27,399 nt of DNA from an uncultured virus (IMG/VR IMGVR_UViG_3300025838_000029) (IMGVR_UViG_3300025838_000029:62001-89399); one strand, 5' to 3'; positions 1 through 9,513 are shown, numbered from the stretch's first letter. Numbers and translations: made by a program. Notes: generated by a model not told the origin, from the letters alone.

Positions 1-3
1 ATA

Positions 4-417
4 TTGGCGATGAGTGGTGCCTTGTATGGCATCCTCCGTATGCGGAATAATGACAAGCGGTCTGATGAGAAGAACTTTGAGATTGATCTGTTTTATCGGG
101 GGATAACAGATCGGATTAAGGAGTTAGAGCGTCGGATTGATGAGGGGAACACCAAATACGCGGAGCTATTGAAGAGTGCGGCTGAAGAGAGGATTCTGGC
201 TCTTCAGGATAAAGTGAACCTAAGTAACAAGCTTCAAGTTATGACGGATGAGATTGATGAGCTTCGCATGAGCAATGCGATGCTGAGAAGTGAGGTTGAA
301 GAGCTAAAAAAACAGGAGGTCGCCTTATTAGCTGAGAACGCTACATTGAAGGGGAAGACTCCAGGACGCAGGGCTGCTGATCCTCCTGCTGAAGAATGGT
401 ATATAACAGGGGGATGA
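4..417 (+). CDS. Coiled-coil phage protein with hydrophobic N-terminus, probably 5'-truncated by the window
   Basis: The frame is open from base 1. Long E/K/L heptad stretch (IKELERRIDE...VEELKKQEVALLAENATLK). The stop abuts the next ATG at 419. Confidence 0.7.
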   Translation: MAMSGALYGILRMRNNDKRSDEKNFEIDLFYRGITDRIKELERRIDEGNTKYAELLKSAAEERILALQDKVNLSNKLQVMTDEIDELRMSNAMLRSEVEELKKQEVALLAENATLKGKTPGRRAADPPAEEWYITGG

Positions 418-418
418 C

Positions 419-781
419 ATGAGCATGATCAATTTAATCCCCTGGCAGCATGGAGTTCTATGGACATTAACGTTGTTCTGCCTCTTTGTTCATTCACAGG
501 TTGTAATTGTTGGGGCGATTATTGCGTATAAGGCAATAGAGAATAAGGCCGCACGAGCAGCCAGAGATACAATTTATATATCTTGTCTCTCTTTGTTATT
601 TGTTGCATTGCAAGCAGACTGGATTATCGAGGGGTATACTGTTACAAAGATAAAGGCTATTTCCGATATCGGGTGGCGTCTTTTCGATTGTGGTGTCGGT
701 GTTGCTTTATTGAGGCATATGAATGTCAGACGATGCTTCGCATGTGCATACTGGGGGAAAGGACGCTCGAATGACTGTTAA
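419..781 (+). CDS. Small integral membrane protein (about 3 TM helices), function unknown
   Basis: AGGGGG upstream of the ATG. Hydrophobic runs VLWTLTLFCLFVHSQVVIVGAIIAY, IYISCLSLLFVAL and LFDCGVGVALL. Tightly packed with both neighbours. Confidence 0.7.
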   Translation: MSMINLIPWQHGVLWTLTLFCLFVHSQVVIVGAIIAYKAIENKAARAARDTIYISCLSLLFVALQADWIIEGYTVTKIKAISDIGWRLFDCGVGVALLRHMNVRRCFACAYWGKGRSNDC

Positions 782-1478
782 AGCTGTCGTTGCTGCTGTC
801 TTTGTCTCGATTGGTCTTGGTTCTTTTATTGTCTGGCTTGATGTCATACGACCTATGAGACTAGTTACACAGATTCACCCTCCTTATCAGACGCTGAGTG
901 GAAACCGTGTTGGAGGCTCTCTTACTGAGATTGTGCTTTGTGCCGCAACGAAGGTCGGCCATCCATTCACATTAGAATGGGGTCCGTGGGCTGAGATGCA
1001 GGATAGAGTTTATAACAGTAAAGCAGACGCTTTCTTTGGGGCATTCAGGACAACGTGGCGGGACAGTTTTGCGACGGCCTCAAACCCTATTCTTCCTGCG
1101 CGGATCGTGAAGATCGTTGCTAATCACCTCCCTCATTACCCTCCTATCATTGGCGTCAAGATGGGTGCGGGAGTAAGTTCTCAAGCGATAACATCTGGGG
1201 CTGTTGCGATACGCCACGAGTTCATGGACAATTATGAGATCGTTGATGCTTTGCTTGATGATACGATTGATTTTGCATTCTTGGATATCGTGATCTTAAA
1301 TGAGATCCTGATGGAGAAGAGGCTTCCCCTGGACACCTTTAAGACAAGCTACATATACGATGAAAGCTATTCGGTGTATTTTTCCAATAAGTTTCTGGAA
1401 ACCCATCCAGGGTTTTTGAGTTCATTTAATAAATCTTTGATAGAATGTAATCCTGCGTCTCAGGAGAGAGTTAAATGA
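771..1478 (+). CDS. Periplasmic substrate-binding protein (family 3 / polar amino-acid type) with N-terminal membrane anchor
   Basis: Likely start is ATG 771 after GGGGAAAGGA. TM segment VVAAVFVSIGLGSFIVWL. Motifs PPY...G...EIV...GPW......ADAFFG and IGVKMG...L....ID, and C-terminal FNKSL, are typical of SBP_bac_3 proteins. Confidence 0.75.
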   Translation: MTVKAVVAAVFVSIGLGSFIVWLDVIRPMRLVTQIHPPYQTLSGNRVGGSLTEIVLCAATKVGHPFTLEWGPWAEMQDRVYNSKADAFFGAFRTTWRDSFATASNPILPARIVKIVANHLPHYPPIIGVKMGAGVSSQAITSGAVAIRHEFMDNYEIVDALLDDTIDFAFLDIVILNEILMEKRLPLDTFKTSYIYDESYSVYFSNKFLETHPGFLSSFNKSLIECNPASQERVK

Positions 1479-1491
1479 ATGGTATTGTGAA

Positions 1492-3066
1492 GTGACAGCC
1501 ATACCTATCGATATAAGCTTTGCTCCTGGTGTATCCAGAGACACCACATTATTTGATACGCAAACTGCGCTTGATGTGTTGTGGTGCAGATTCCGTAATG
1601 GTCGCCCTCGTAAGATGGGTGGATATCAACGTATTACGGATAATCTTTCAGGCGTCCCTAGGCGCATCCATATTTTCTATCAAGGTTCTCAGGCAATCAT
1701 TCACATCGGAACGACAGCGGGGTTGCAGCAGGTCGTTATCGATTACAATGGTAACTTCATAAGTTCTGCGGATAGAACCCCTGTATCAGGGTTTACGCCT
1801 AGCGCGAATATCGGGTGGACCTTAGACTCGATCTTCGATACCAATACTGGCGTCGTGAACCTTATAGCTCACGCTACCGCTGATTCAAACGCTCCGTATA
1901 ATCTGACCCAGACCGTTCCATTTATCGGGCAGATTACGCTGACTACTGTTCTGGTGAAGTTTTCAGATCCGGGGTCTTACGGTGGTGGGGCGTGGACTCA
2001 GCCTGATGTTGCTGGGGGTATCGTTTGTGTTCAGCCTTATGTCTTTGATTATGATGCTGCGGGATTGGTTGGGTGGAGCGCCCCAAACATCCCTCTCTAT
2101 TTAGGGATAACCGGGGGAAGTTCTGGTGCTGGTCAAGCAAGGATTTCTTCTCAGAAGATTATGGCTGGCGCTCCTTTGCGAGGGGGTGGTGTTCAACAGC
2201 CATCGGTATTGTTCTGGAGTTTGTCCGAAGTTATAACCGGGACATTCGTTGGAAGTAATGCGGGTTATTTCGCTTTCTCCACGATTTCAAACTCATCATC
2301 GATCATCTCGACAAAGGCCAATATTGAATATGACGGACTGCATTACTGGTGCGGGATCGACAGGTTTCTGGTTTACAACGGAACCGCTCAAGAAGTGGCA
2401 AATCCTCATAACCAGGATTGGTTTTTCAATAATCTCAATTGGACTTATGCGGGTAAAGTCCAGGCTTTTAAAGTTCCTCGTTATGGAGAGATCTGGTGGT
2501 TAGCTCCGTTATTCGGGGCGACTGAATGCTCTCATGCGATTATCTACAATGTAAGAGAGGGAACTTGGTATGACACCGAGCTTCCCGATGGGGGGCGTTC
2601 CTGTGGTGCTTTTGCCCAAGGATTAAGATATCCGATTATGGGTGGCACGGCTCAGAACGCAAATGGATATAAGTTATGGCTGCATGAATCCGGTACGGAT
2701 GAGGTCGATGGTAATGTGACTAATCCTGTACGGTCTTACTTTGAAACGCCATATATGGGTGGACCTAGGCAGCAACAACCAAACGATAAGGGGTTGTCTT
2801 ATCAGCAGTTAGAGCCTGATTTCATCCAAACTGGAGATATGACGGTTTCTATTGTTGGTACGGCGAATGCCAGAAGCCCTGTGTCGAATGGAACGGCTGT
2901 TCCTTTGAAGGCTGTCCCCGGAGTACCACAAGAGCAATTGGTTTCGTTTAAAGAAGGACATCGGTTAGGAAGCCTTCATATTGAATCAAATGTGTTAGGT
3001 GGGAGCTACATCTGTGGGAAAAACCTCCTTCATGTAGAGCCAGCGGAAGCAAGGATTGTATCGTGA
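1492..3066 (+). CDS. Podovirus tail tubular / packaged-DNA stabilisation protein (P22 gp10-like)
   Basis: 524 aa, beta-rich. N-terminal RFRNGRPRKMGGY; motifs GLHYWCGIDRFLVYNG, YGEIWW..P and AIIYNVREGTWY. Lies just upstream of the ejection-protein cluster. Confidence 0.75.
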   Translation: MTAIPIDISFAPGVSRDTTLFDTQTALDVLWCRFRNGRPRKMGGYQRITDNLSGVPRRIHIFYQGSQAIIHIGTTAGLQQVVIDYNGNFISSADRTPVSGFTPSANIGWTLDSIFDTNTGVVNLIAHATADSNAPYNLTQTVPFIGQITLTTVLVKFSDPGSYGGGAWTQPDVAGGIVCVQPYVFDYDAAGLVGWSAPNIPLYLGITGGSSGAGQARISSQKIMAGAPLRGGGVQQPSVLFWSLSEVITGTFVGSNAGYFAFSTISNSSSIISTKANIEYDGLHYWCGIDRFLVYNGTAQEVANPHNQDWFFNNLNWTYAGKVQAFKVPRYGEIWWLAPLFGATECSHAIIYNVREGTWYDTELPDGGRSCGAFAQGLRYPIMGGTAQNANGYKLWLHESGTDEVDGNVTNPVRSYFETPYMGGPRQQQPNDKGLSYQQLEPDFIQTGDMTVSIVGTANARSPVSNGTAVPLKAVPGVPQEQLVSFKEGHRLGSLHIESNVLGGSYICGKNLLHVEPAEARIVS

Positions 3067-3299
3067 TTGATCCTAGAGGAATGACGTTTCAATCATGGGC
3101 TTGTCAGACAGTTCCTAGGTTTATGCAATATGGTTTCATCCCCACTCCACAAGGGGAAAAAAACTGGAAGCAATGGGCGAGTTACATTGTTGGGTTGTCT
3201 CAACTTTCTGCGATAAATCCTCCTCGACCAGAAAGTTATAAAGAGTGGAGAGATTGGGCTGTGAGATTTAACGGGTCAGTCGTAGCTCTTGGACTTTAA
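3063..3299 (+). CDS. Small Trp-rich phage virion-module protein
   Basis: GTGA overlap with the previous stop. Pattern IDPRGM...W...WKQWA...P.P..Y.EWRDWA..F is recalled from small genes following gp10-like genes in environmental podophages. Confidence 0.7.
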   Translation: MIDPRGMTFQSWACQTVPRFMQYGFIPTPQGEKNWKQWASYIVGLSQLSAINPPRPESYKEWRDWAVRFNGSVVALGL

Positions 3300-3347
3300 G
3301 AGAGTTTTTGGGTATTATCCGAAAGTTATGCTTGGAAGGCGCGGCAT

Positions 3348-5810
3348 ATGCAGTCCACCGATTTTCAGAACTTGACACAACCATCCATGGATATGGTGGA
3401 TTTGGTTCGTCATGCTTATGAGAAAGGTGGGAAAGCAGAGAGGGAATCGCAGAAGGAAAAAGGCAAGAAGAGTGGCGTGACGATTGCGATTGTCCTTCCT
3501 CAGATGCCTCATCCTGCTGTGCTTGGTGCGTTATCCCAGCCGTTGCTAGAGCAACATATGGCGGAGCAACAAGGCCAGGAACAACCGAAGCAGATGGCCA
3601 AGGGCGGAGGGGTCCGTAAGCACTTTGCCAGCGGTGGTGCAAACGATCCGACATCTGCCACTAACCTTGCCGGGGATGCCATAACAGGTGGGATGGCTGT
3701 ATATAGTGGATCAACAGGTGCCGGTGCTGGTTTAGGTAATTGGATTGATACAAGCCAACTTGGTCAATCCGTTGGTTTAGGGACATCAACCGCTCCATCT
3801 GCTGATGCCATTGCTTCTGCCGCAGCAGCCCCAAATGCTGATATTGGTCCTTCATTAGCAGATGCAACATTGCCATCGGTTCCAACGGAAACTGGAGCGG
3901 CTCTATCTTCAGCCATGGCTGATGCCGGTTGGGGTGGGATTGGAACTGTCATTGGAAATGTTGCCGGTCTTCCTTCTAATCAAAACCCTCTTGTAAATGC
4001 AGGAATGAATATTGCCGGGTCATTGGGTGGCGCGGCATTAGGTTCGGCTGCTGGTGGGGCTTTGGGAGGAACAATTGCGGGGATGGAGGCAGGGAGTGTT
4101 CTTGGCCCCATCGGAGCTATTGGCGGGGCTTTAATTGGAACACTTGCAGGGTCATTGTTCGGCCCTAATCCCTCTGTAGGTCCAGATGCCAATACAACCA
4201 TATCTGGTTGGGATTCAACCAATAACCAACCTACCTATGCTCAGGGCGCCGGAAATGGCGGAAGCTCTGCAATCTCAAATGCTTTGATGCAGCAAGCATA
4301 TCAAAACGCAAACAATTATATCAGTAAATTAGGTGGGCAGATTACAAACACGGCTCCATTGTCTACGGGGTATTTCAAGGGGAAATACTTTGTATCAGAC
4401 ACAAATGCCGGTGGTAATGCTACATATACTGGAAATCAGTTTTCCGATCCAAATGCTGCTATTCAAGATCTTACTCAAAGGATCGTTGAGGCAAGCGTTA
4501 TTAATGGTCTGACGCCAACTCAATTGGCTGGCATCGGAAATTATGCAACTCCGACATCGCCAAATTATTCAGGGGATTATACGTCAGGTCCATTAAAGGG
4601 AGGCACAATAGATGCGTATAATCCAGCAACATATGCCAATGGAGTTCCGTCTATTGCGTCTTTAACGAATGGGGCAAATACCAGTGGTGGGAACGGAAGT
4701 TCTGGTGGAACTGGGGGAACTGGGGCTGGTGCGACGGCTGCAAATCCAACGTTAGATCAGCAGATAACAAATGACTATTTAAGCACTCTAGGACGCGCTC
4801 CATCATCGTCAGAGTTGTCTTATTATGAGTCTGATCCCAATTATGCGGCTCATATCGCTGCCTCACCGGAAGCATCTAGTTTAACGTCTAATATTCAAAA
4901 GACGTTTACAGCCGATACAGGGCGTCCAGCAGATGCTGCAACGTTGGCATATTACGCAGCGGATCCGAACTATGCCGCTCATATCGCCGCCGCTCCTGAA
5001 TCTCAAAATTATACAGCGAATGCGACAACGATTAATAATGCAGCAAATACTGTCCTTGGACAGCCTGCCGATCCGGCAACAGTAGCGGCATTAAATACAG
5101 CCCTTAATAATGGTACATTAACGACTGCCGGTATTCCTGCTGCGTTAAAGGCAACCTCTCAATATACTAATAATGTCAATGCTGGAACGGTCGGTCCTCA
5201 AGGGAACTTTGCTCCTAGTTATACGGTTCCTTCTCAGGGCAGGGACGCCTATACGGTAGCTACGGCTAATTCAGCGGCTAATTCGCTGGTCCCAACATGG
5301 GGTCAGAATGCAGCAATTGGTGCGGCAGATGCTCTTGGCGTTAATCATTCTCAGATTGGTGCCTTGAATGGGTACATGCCCTACACGCCTCCGCCTGGAA
5401 CGGGTGCTGGAGCTTTTGCGCCATCGAGTCCTTTAAACGGAGGCGTTGCTGCTCCGCCTACTCCGTCAGCATCTAATCCATTAGGTGCTTTGAATAGCGC
5501 GAATCCTTCAGGGACATATTCAGGCCCTGCCTTACCTAGCACAGGAACTCCTGTAGATCTTGGTGCTGGAGTGACGGGTAGTAGTGGCTCCTATAGCCCT
5601 CCTAGCACAGAAAATCCTGTGGCTCTTAATAGGACGGTAACGGGAGGCGTTCCTGCTAGTCCTGCATATTTACGGGCTGTATCTGGTCAGAGCACCCCTG
5701 TTGGATATGGAACTCCGATGGTGTTGCCTGATTCGACATTGATTGACCCGATTACCGGATTGCCGATCACGGCTGCATCTGGTGCGTTAAACCAAGCGGC
5801 TGGAGCGTAG
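3348..5810 (+). CDS. Putative ejection/internal virion protein with glycine zipper and DUF4214/S-layer-anchor-like repeats
   Basis: 820 aa, rich in G/A/S/T/N. GGAAGG SD. MAKGG and FASGG motifs. Glycine zipper (GSLGGAALGSAAGGALGG...GPIGAIGGALIG). Three LGR/QPA-type repeats at 4758-5170. Confidence 0.75.
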   Translation: MQSTDFQNLTQPSMDMVDLVRHAYEKGGKAERESQKEKGKKSGVTIAIVLPQMPHPAVLGALSQPLLEQHMAEQQGQEQPKQMAKGGGVRKHFASGGANDPTSATNLAGDAITGGMAVYSGSTGAGAGLGNWIDTSQLGQSVGLGTSTAPSADAIASAAAAPNADIGPSLADATLPSVPTETGAALSSAMADAGWGGIGTVIGNVAGLPSNQNPLVNAGMNIAGSLGGAALGSAAGGALGGTIAGMEAGSVLGPIGAIGGALIGTLAGSLFGPNPSVGPDANTTISGWDSTNNQPTYAQGAGNGGSSAISNALMQQAYQNANNYISKLGGQITNTAPLSTGYFKGKYFVSDTNAGGNATYTGNQFSDPNAAIQDLTQRIVEASVINGLTPTQLAGIGNYATPTSPNYSGDYTSGPLKGGTIDAYNPATYANGVPSIASLTNGANTSGGNGSSGGTGGTGAGATAANPTLDQQITNDYLSTLGRAPSSSELSYYESDPNYAAHIAASPEASSLTSNIQKTFTADTGRPADAATLAYYAADPNYAAHIAAAPESQNYTANATTINNAANTVLGQPADPATVAALNTALNNGTLTTAGIPAALKATSQYTNNVNAGTVGPQGNFAPSYTVPSQGRDAYTVATANSAANSLVPTWGQNAAIGAADALGVNHSQIGALNGYMPYTPPPGTGAGAFAPSSPLNGGVAAPPTPSASNPLGALNSANPSGTYSGPALPSTGTPVDLGAGVTGSSGSYSPPSTENPVALNRTVTGGVPASPAYLRAVSGQSTPVGYGTPMVLPDSTLIDPITGLPITAASGALNQAAGA
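4758..5170 (+). repeat. Three tandem ~44-aa protein repeats
   Basis: ITNDYLSTLGRAPSSSELSYYESDPNYAAHIAASPE; IQKTFTADTGRPADAATLAYYAADPNYAAHIAAAPE; INNAANTVLGQPADPATVAALNTALNNGTL. Confidence 0.8.
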
Positions 5811-5814
5811 AAAG

Positions 5815-7104
5815 ATGGCTGAAGATCTTTTATCAGGTTGGCTATCCCCGGATATCACGTCATCTTTTGACGGTAGCTCTCTTGATACATCAAGTCTTTT
5901 TACTGGTTCTCCAGGCTTGGCGAGTTTTGACTCATCATCTCTTCCAGGGGCTTCTGGTATAGATTATTCAGTTGGTGGCGTTGGATCGTCGGGAACGATA
6001 GGTCTTGGAAGTGGTTTGCCTGTTGGGGCAGGGTCTTCAGTTGGGGCTGGAGCAATACCAGGAGATGTGTTTTTACCTGCTGGACAAACGATTAATGACC
6101 AAAATCTTAGCATTATTAATTCGTTTTCTGAGGGCAATTACACACTTGATAAGAATGGTTTGCTGTCCGGAAAAGGCGCTTTAAATGGAATGTCCCCTGA
6201 AGAGGGGATGGCGCAGCTAGGTCTTGCTCCGCAGGCTCCAAGTGGCGGTATTCTTAGTGGAGTTCTAGGAACCAGTACTCCCTATGCTAATGACACTTCT
6301 GGGTTTTCTATCGGAAAATCAGGAACAGTGACAGGCGCTCCAGATGCTGCATTAGGGGCGGCAGCAACGAAAGGTCTTGTTTCAGCTTCTTCTTCCGGGG
6401 CTTCCGCAGATAATTCAGGAAATCCATCAAACAGTTCAACTGATAGCAATAGCGGCAAAGGGGCCTTGAACAGCATATTTGGTGGTGGGAATGGAATTAA
6501 TGTTGGAACGGGTGCTTTAGCCCTTGGGGCTTTGGCTGGACTTGCTGCCGCCCTTGGAGGGTCGCCTAAACAAAACTCCGTATCTCAAACTGCAAACTCC
6601 GTCGCTAATGCAAACGCTGCTACACAGACTCCTCAGTGGAATGCTCAATTGAGTAATAAGCTTTACACTCCTCCCGTTCCTAATCCTAACTATGTCGCAG
6701 GAACGGCGGCGAATAATTATAAGAGTGTTGGTCTTCCCACTATGGGGGGTGGCTTTAATTTTGCTCATGGTGGAGCTTTAAGCAACCCAAGGATATATAC
6801 GACTGACCCTGACCATAATGAAGCTGTTCATGGTGGTCCGATGTTTGATAGTCGGAAAGGTGATCGTTATGTCCAAGGCCCCGGAGACGGTCAAGAGGAT
6901 GCAATTCCTGCTGCATTGAGTGATGGAGAGTACGTTGTCGATGCCCAGACCACTTCAATCCTAGGAGGGGGGTCGAATAAGAAGGGTGCCGAGCTACTCG
7001 ATAAGTTTAGGGATGAAGTCCTGAAGAAAGCTCATAGCCAGAAGTTTTTACCAAAGGGACTTGGTAAAGGTGCATTGAGCAAATTAGCAAGTGGAGCGGC
7101 ATAA
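5815..7104 (+). CDS. Putative ejection/internal virion protein
   Basis: GGAG SD. G/S-rich body with hydrophobic segment GALALGALAGLAAALGG. C-terminal VQGPGDGQEDAIPAALSDGEYVVDA...LGGGS..KGA..LD domain, recognised from phage ejection and tape-measure C-termini. Confidence 0.8.
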   Translation: MAEDLLSGWLSPDITSSFDGSSLDTSSLFTGSPGLASFDSSSLPGASGIDYSVGGVGSSGTIGLGSGLPVGAGSSVGAGAIPGDVFLPAGQTINDQNLSIINSFSEGNYTLDKNGLLSGKGALNGMSPEEGMAQLGLAPQAPSGGILSGVLGTSTPYANDTSGFSIGKSGTVTGAPDAALGAAATKGLVSASSSGASADNSGNPSNSSTDSNSGKGALNSIFGGGNGINVGTGALALGALAGLAAALGGSPKQNSVSQTANSVANANAATQTPQWNAQLSNKLYTPPVPNPNYVAGTAANNYKSVGLPTMGGGFNFAHGGALSNPRIYTTDPDHNEAVHGGPMFDSRKGDRYVQGPGDGQEDAIPAALSDGEYVVDAQTTSILGGGSNKKGAELLDKFRDEVLKKAHSQKFLPKGLGKGALSKLASGAA

Positions 7105-8375
7105 TGTCAGGCATAGGTAGCTTATTAACTGGCTCTCCCACTCCTCCGCAGCCAACAAGTGCTGATGCAACGTCATCATTTCCTGTATGGCTACAAGATT
7201 ATTTGTCCAATATGGTCAGTGGGGCGAATAGCCTCATCGATACCACCCCTATGTCTGTTTATGGAGATGCAGCGAGTGGCTCTCCGTCTTTGGTGGCAAC
7301 TCCTTCAGCCAACACACAGGCTGCATGGCAAAGTGCTGTAAACAATCAAGGTAGTTGGAAACCAGCTTTAGCAGATGCTGGTGGTCTAACAATGTCAGCA
7401 GCTTCCCCGATATCTGCTGACACAATGGGTTCTAATACTAACGCATATAACACAGATGCTTTAGGAAGTGTTGGTCAGTACGGAAGTGCAATGCAGGGCC
7501 AGACTTTGGGGAATCAATCTGCATATTCTGGAAATACCACAGGAAATCTTATCAATTCAGGAAATCAAATTACCGGGGCACTGAACAATGCTGTTCAGAG
7601 TAACGTTGGTGGGTATTTAAACCCTTATACAGAGAACGTTATAGGTGGCATTGAGAGTTCAATGAACACCAATCTGATGCAGAATGTTCTACCTCAGATT
7701 CAAGATCGGATGGTTCAATCTGGTCAGGTTGCTTCTCCACAGCAGATGCAAGCTGAAAACAATGCTGTTTATCAAAACCAACAAGCTATTGGTCAAGCGA
7801 TTGCCCAACCGTTGCAGTCTGGATATACAACGGCTCTTGGTGCCGCTCAGAACTCTGCAAACAATGCGTTTGGATATGGGAACCAAGGCGCTTTGTCATC
7901 TTTGACCACAGGTGCGGGTCAAGCTGGTCAGGCAGTGTCAAGCGCCCAAACGGGAGCAAGCGCCGGGAACCAGATGTCTCAGGCAGAACAGGCTGCTGCC
8001 CTTCAGGGTGGTTCTCAGATGGGGCAGATTGCAAGCCTCAATTCCAATCTAAATGCTTCAGATGTTGGACAGCTTGCAGCAGCAGGTGCAGCGCAGGATT
8101 CAGTAAACCAAGCGAATATCAATGCGACGGCAAATCTGTACAACACAAGCCAACAGATGCCATATCAGCAGCTTGGATTTATGTCCAACTTGATCCGTGG
8201 TCAGAATATGCCAACGAACGTACAAACGACTGCCTTGAGTTATCAACCTCAGTCTATGTACTCACCGTCTCCTTTATCCACGGCCGTTGGAACAACGGCT
8301 TTGGCCAGTGGGTTAGGGTTAGCTAAAGGTGGTAAGGTTAAGCCTAGGGGGGCTTTGTCCCTCTATGCAGCGTGA
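7104..8375 (+). CDS. Putative DNA ejection (pilot) protein
   Basis: TAATG coupling with the previous gene. Q/A/G/N-rich. Motifs P.W...Y, YLNPY..NV and QQMPYQQLGFMSNLIRG. C-terminal LAKGGKV. Confidence 0.8.
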   Translation: MSGIGSLLTGSPTPPQPTSADATSSFPVWLQDYLSNMVSGANSLIDTTPMSVYGDAASGSPSLVATPSANTQAAWQSAVNNQGSWKPALADAGGLTMSAASPISADTMGSNTNAYNTDALGSVGQYGSAMQGQTLGNQSAYSGNTTGNLINSGNQITGALNNAVQSNVGGYLNPYTENVIGGIESSMNTNLMQNVLPQIQDRMVQSGQVASPQQMQAENNAVYQNQQAIGQAIAQPLQSGYTTALGAAQNSANNAFGYGNQGALSSLTTGAGQAGQAVSSAQTGASAGNQMSQAEQAAALQGGSQMGQIASLNSNLNASDVGQLAAAGAAQDSVNQANINATANLYNTSQQMPYQQLGFMSNLIRGQNMPTNVQTTALSYQPQSMYSPSPLSTAVGTTALASGLGLAKGGKVKPRGALSLYAA

Positions 8376-8385
8376 GGGACGGAAA

Positions 8386-9513
8386 ATGGTTGGGATGTTA
8401 AACGCAATTGCTGGCAGATATCATTATGATGAAGGCGGCTCTACTGGAGATGACGACCAGCAGAGAGGTCCACTCTCCACTTATGACCCGTCTGTTCTTG
8501 GCAATATGCAGAATGCAGTCCTAGGGGGAACACCTGAATCTGCCTTGCAGAAATATAAGGATGCCCAATCAGCACAGGAAGCAGCGGCCCAAGCAAAGAA
8601 GGATCGTATCCAACAGGCAATGGATACACTGAGTGCAAATCGCTCCAATCTCCCGATGATGGCTTTTGGCGCAGGGATGATGAAGCCAACCCACACTGGC
8701 ACGTTTGGCGAAACACTTAGTAATGCAATGAGCGATACAATCCCCGCCATTGATAAGCAGCGTCAATATGAGGCGCAGCTTCAGCAGATGGGGGTTTCAG
8801 CGGCTGACGTTGATCTGGCCCAGAAGACTAAAGCGGCCCAAGATTGGACAGACCGGATGAAGCTTGGGTTGACTACGGCAGAAACAAACCAGAGATTGCA
8901 GCAAAGTGATCAGCAACATCAGGATTCGCTTAATCTTCAGAGGCAGCAGCTTCAAGGACAAAAAGGATATTATGATTATTTGAAGCAAGAAGACCCTGAC
9001 GAAGTTTCCTCATGGGTGCCATTGTATGAAAAACCGGGCGTTCAAAAGATGGACCCTGTAAGTGGCTTGCCGTTATATCAAGGCATGAGCAAAACAGAGA
9101 AGCCCGTCGGTCAGCCTCGGATTGTTAGAAGTGATGATTTGGATAGCAGCAATACAAGTTCCCGTGCAGATCCGATTATTTCGCAGTATAATTCGGCTCA
9201 GAAGGCGCTTGATGCTGCTATTAGCAAAAGGTACGTTATATTAGGATCAAATCCTAAAGCCGATACGAAAATGTTAGATGAGCAAATCGCTCGTCAAAGA
9301 GAGCTTGTTGAACAATTGAGAGTTGCGGCTACGACAAGGTTGGGAGGCTCAACCACAACGCAGCCTGTATCGCCGGATCCCTTAGCGGCAGGATTAGGGG
9401 GAAACGGAAGTGTTCCTTCTAAGAAGCCAAACATTGATCCTGGCATATATTCTCCTTCTCAAGAAGCAGCTAGGTCTGGAGCATTTCCCGCCCCACAGCC
9501 AGGAATTGATTGA
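8386..9513 (+). CDS. Putative ejection protein (Q/A-rich helical)
   Basis: Likely start is ATG 8386 after GAGGGACGGA. YDEGG motif, FGAGMMKPTHTGTFGETLSNA motif, coiled-coil segments. The stop overlaps the start of the giant gene. Confidence 0.75.
   Translation: MVGMLNAIAGRYHYDEGGSTGDDDQQRGPLSTYDPSVLGNMQNAVLGGTPESALQKYKDAQSAQEAAAQAKKDRIQQAMDTLSANRSNLPMMAFGAGMMKPTHTGTFGETLSNAMSDTIPAIDKQRQYEAQLQQMGVSAADVDLAQKTKAAQDWTDRMKLGLTTAETNQRLQQSDQQHQDSLNLQRQQLQGQKGYYDYLKQEDPDEVSSWVPLYEKPGVQKMDPVSGLPLYQGMSKTEKPVGQPRIVRSDDLDSSNTSSRADPIISQYNSAQKALDAAISKRYVILGSNPKADTKMLDEQIARQRELVEQLRVAATTRLGGSTTTQPVSPDPLAAGLGGNGSVPSKKPNIDPGIYSPSQEAARSGAFPAPQPGID

Noticed and set aside
723..770. Upstream extension of the SBP ORF (similarly 8329-8385, 21293-21322, 23404-23463, 23496-23567 and 24773-24787)
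   Set aside because: Better starts lie downstream, supported by an SD, a signal peptide or the family N-terminus. The extensions overlap neighbouring genes or the IS end.
6841..7020. Tape-measure protein call based on the GPGDG..D.IPA.LSDGEYV motif
   Set aside because: The protein is only 429 aa and lacks long helical repeats, and no tail tube or chaperone genes are nearby. The ejection-protein reading fits better.
3268..8988. Numerous minus-strand ORFs of 60-130 aa opposite the ejection genes
   Set aside because: Antisense shadows of G/A/S-rich genes, with no RBS or recognisable motifs.
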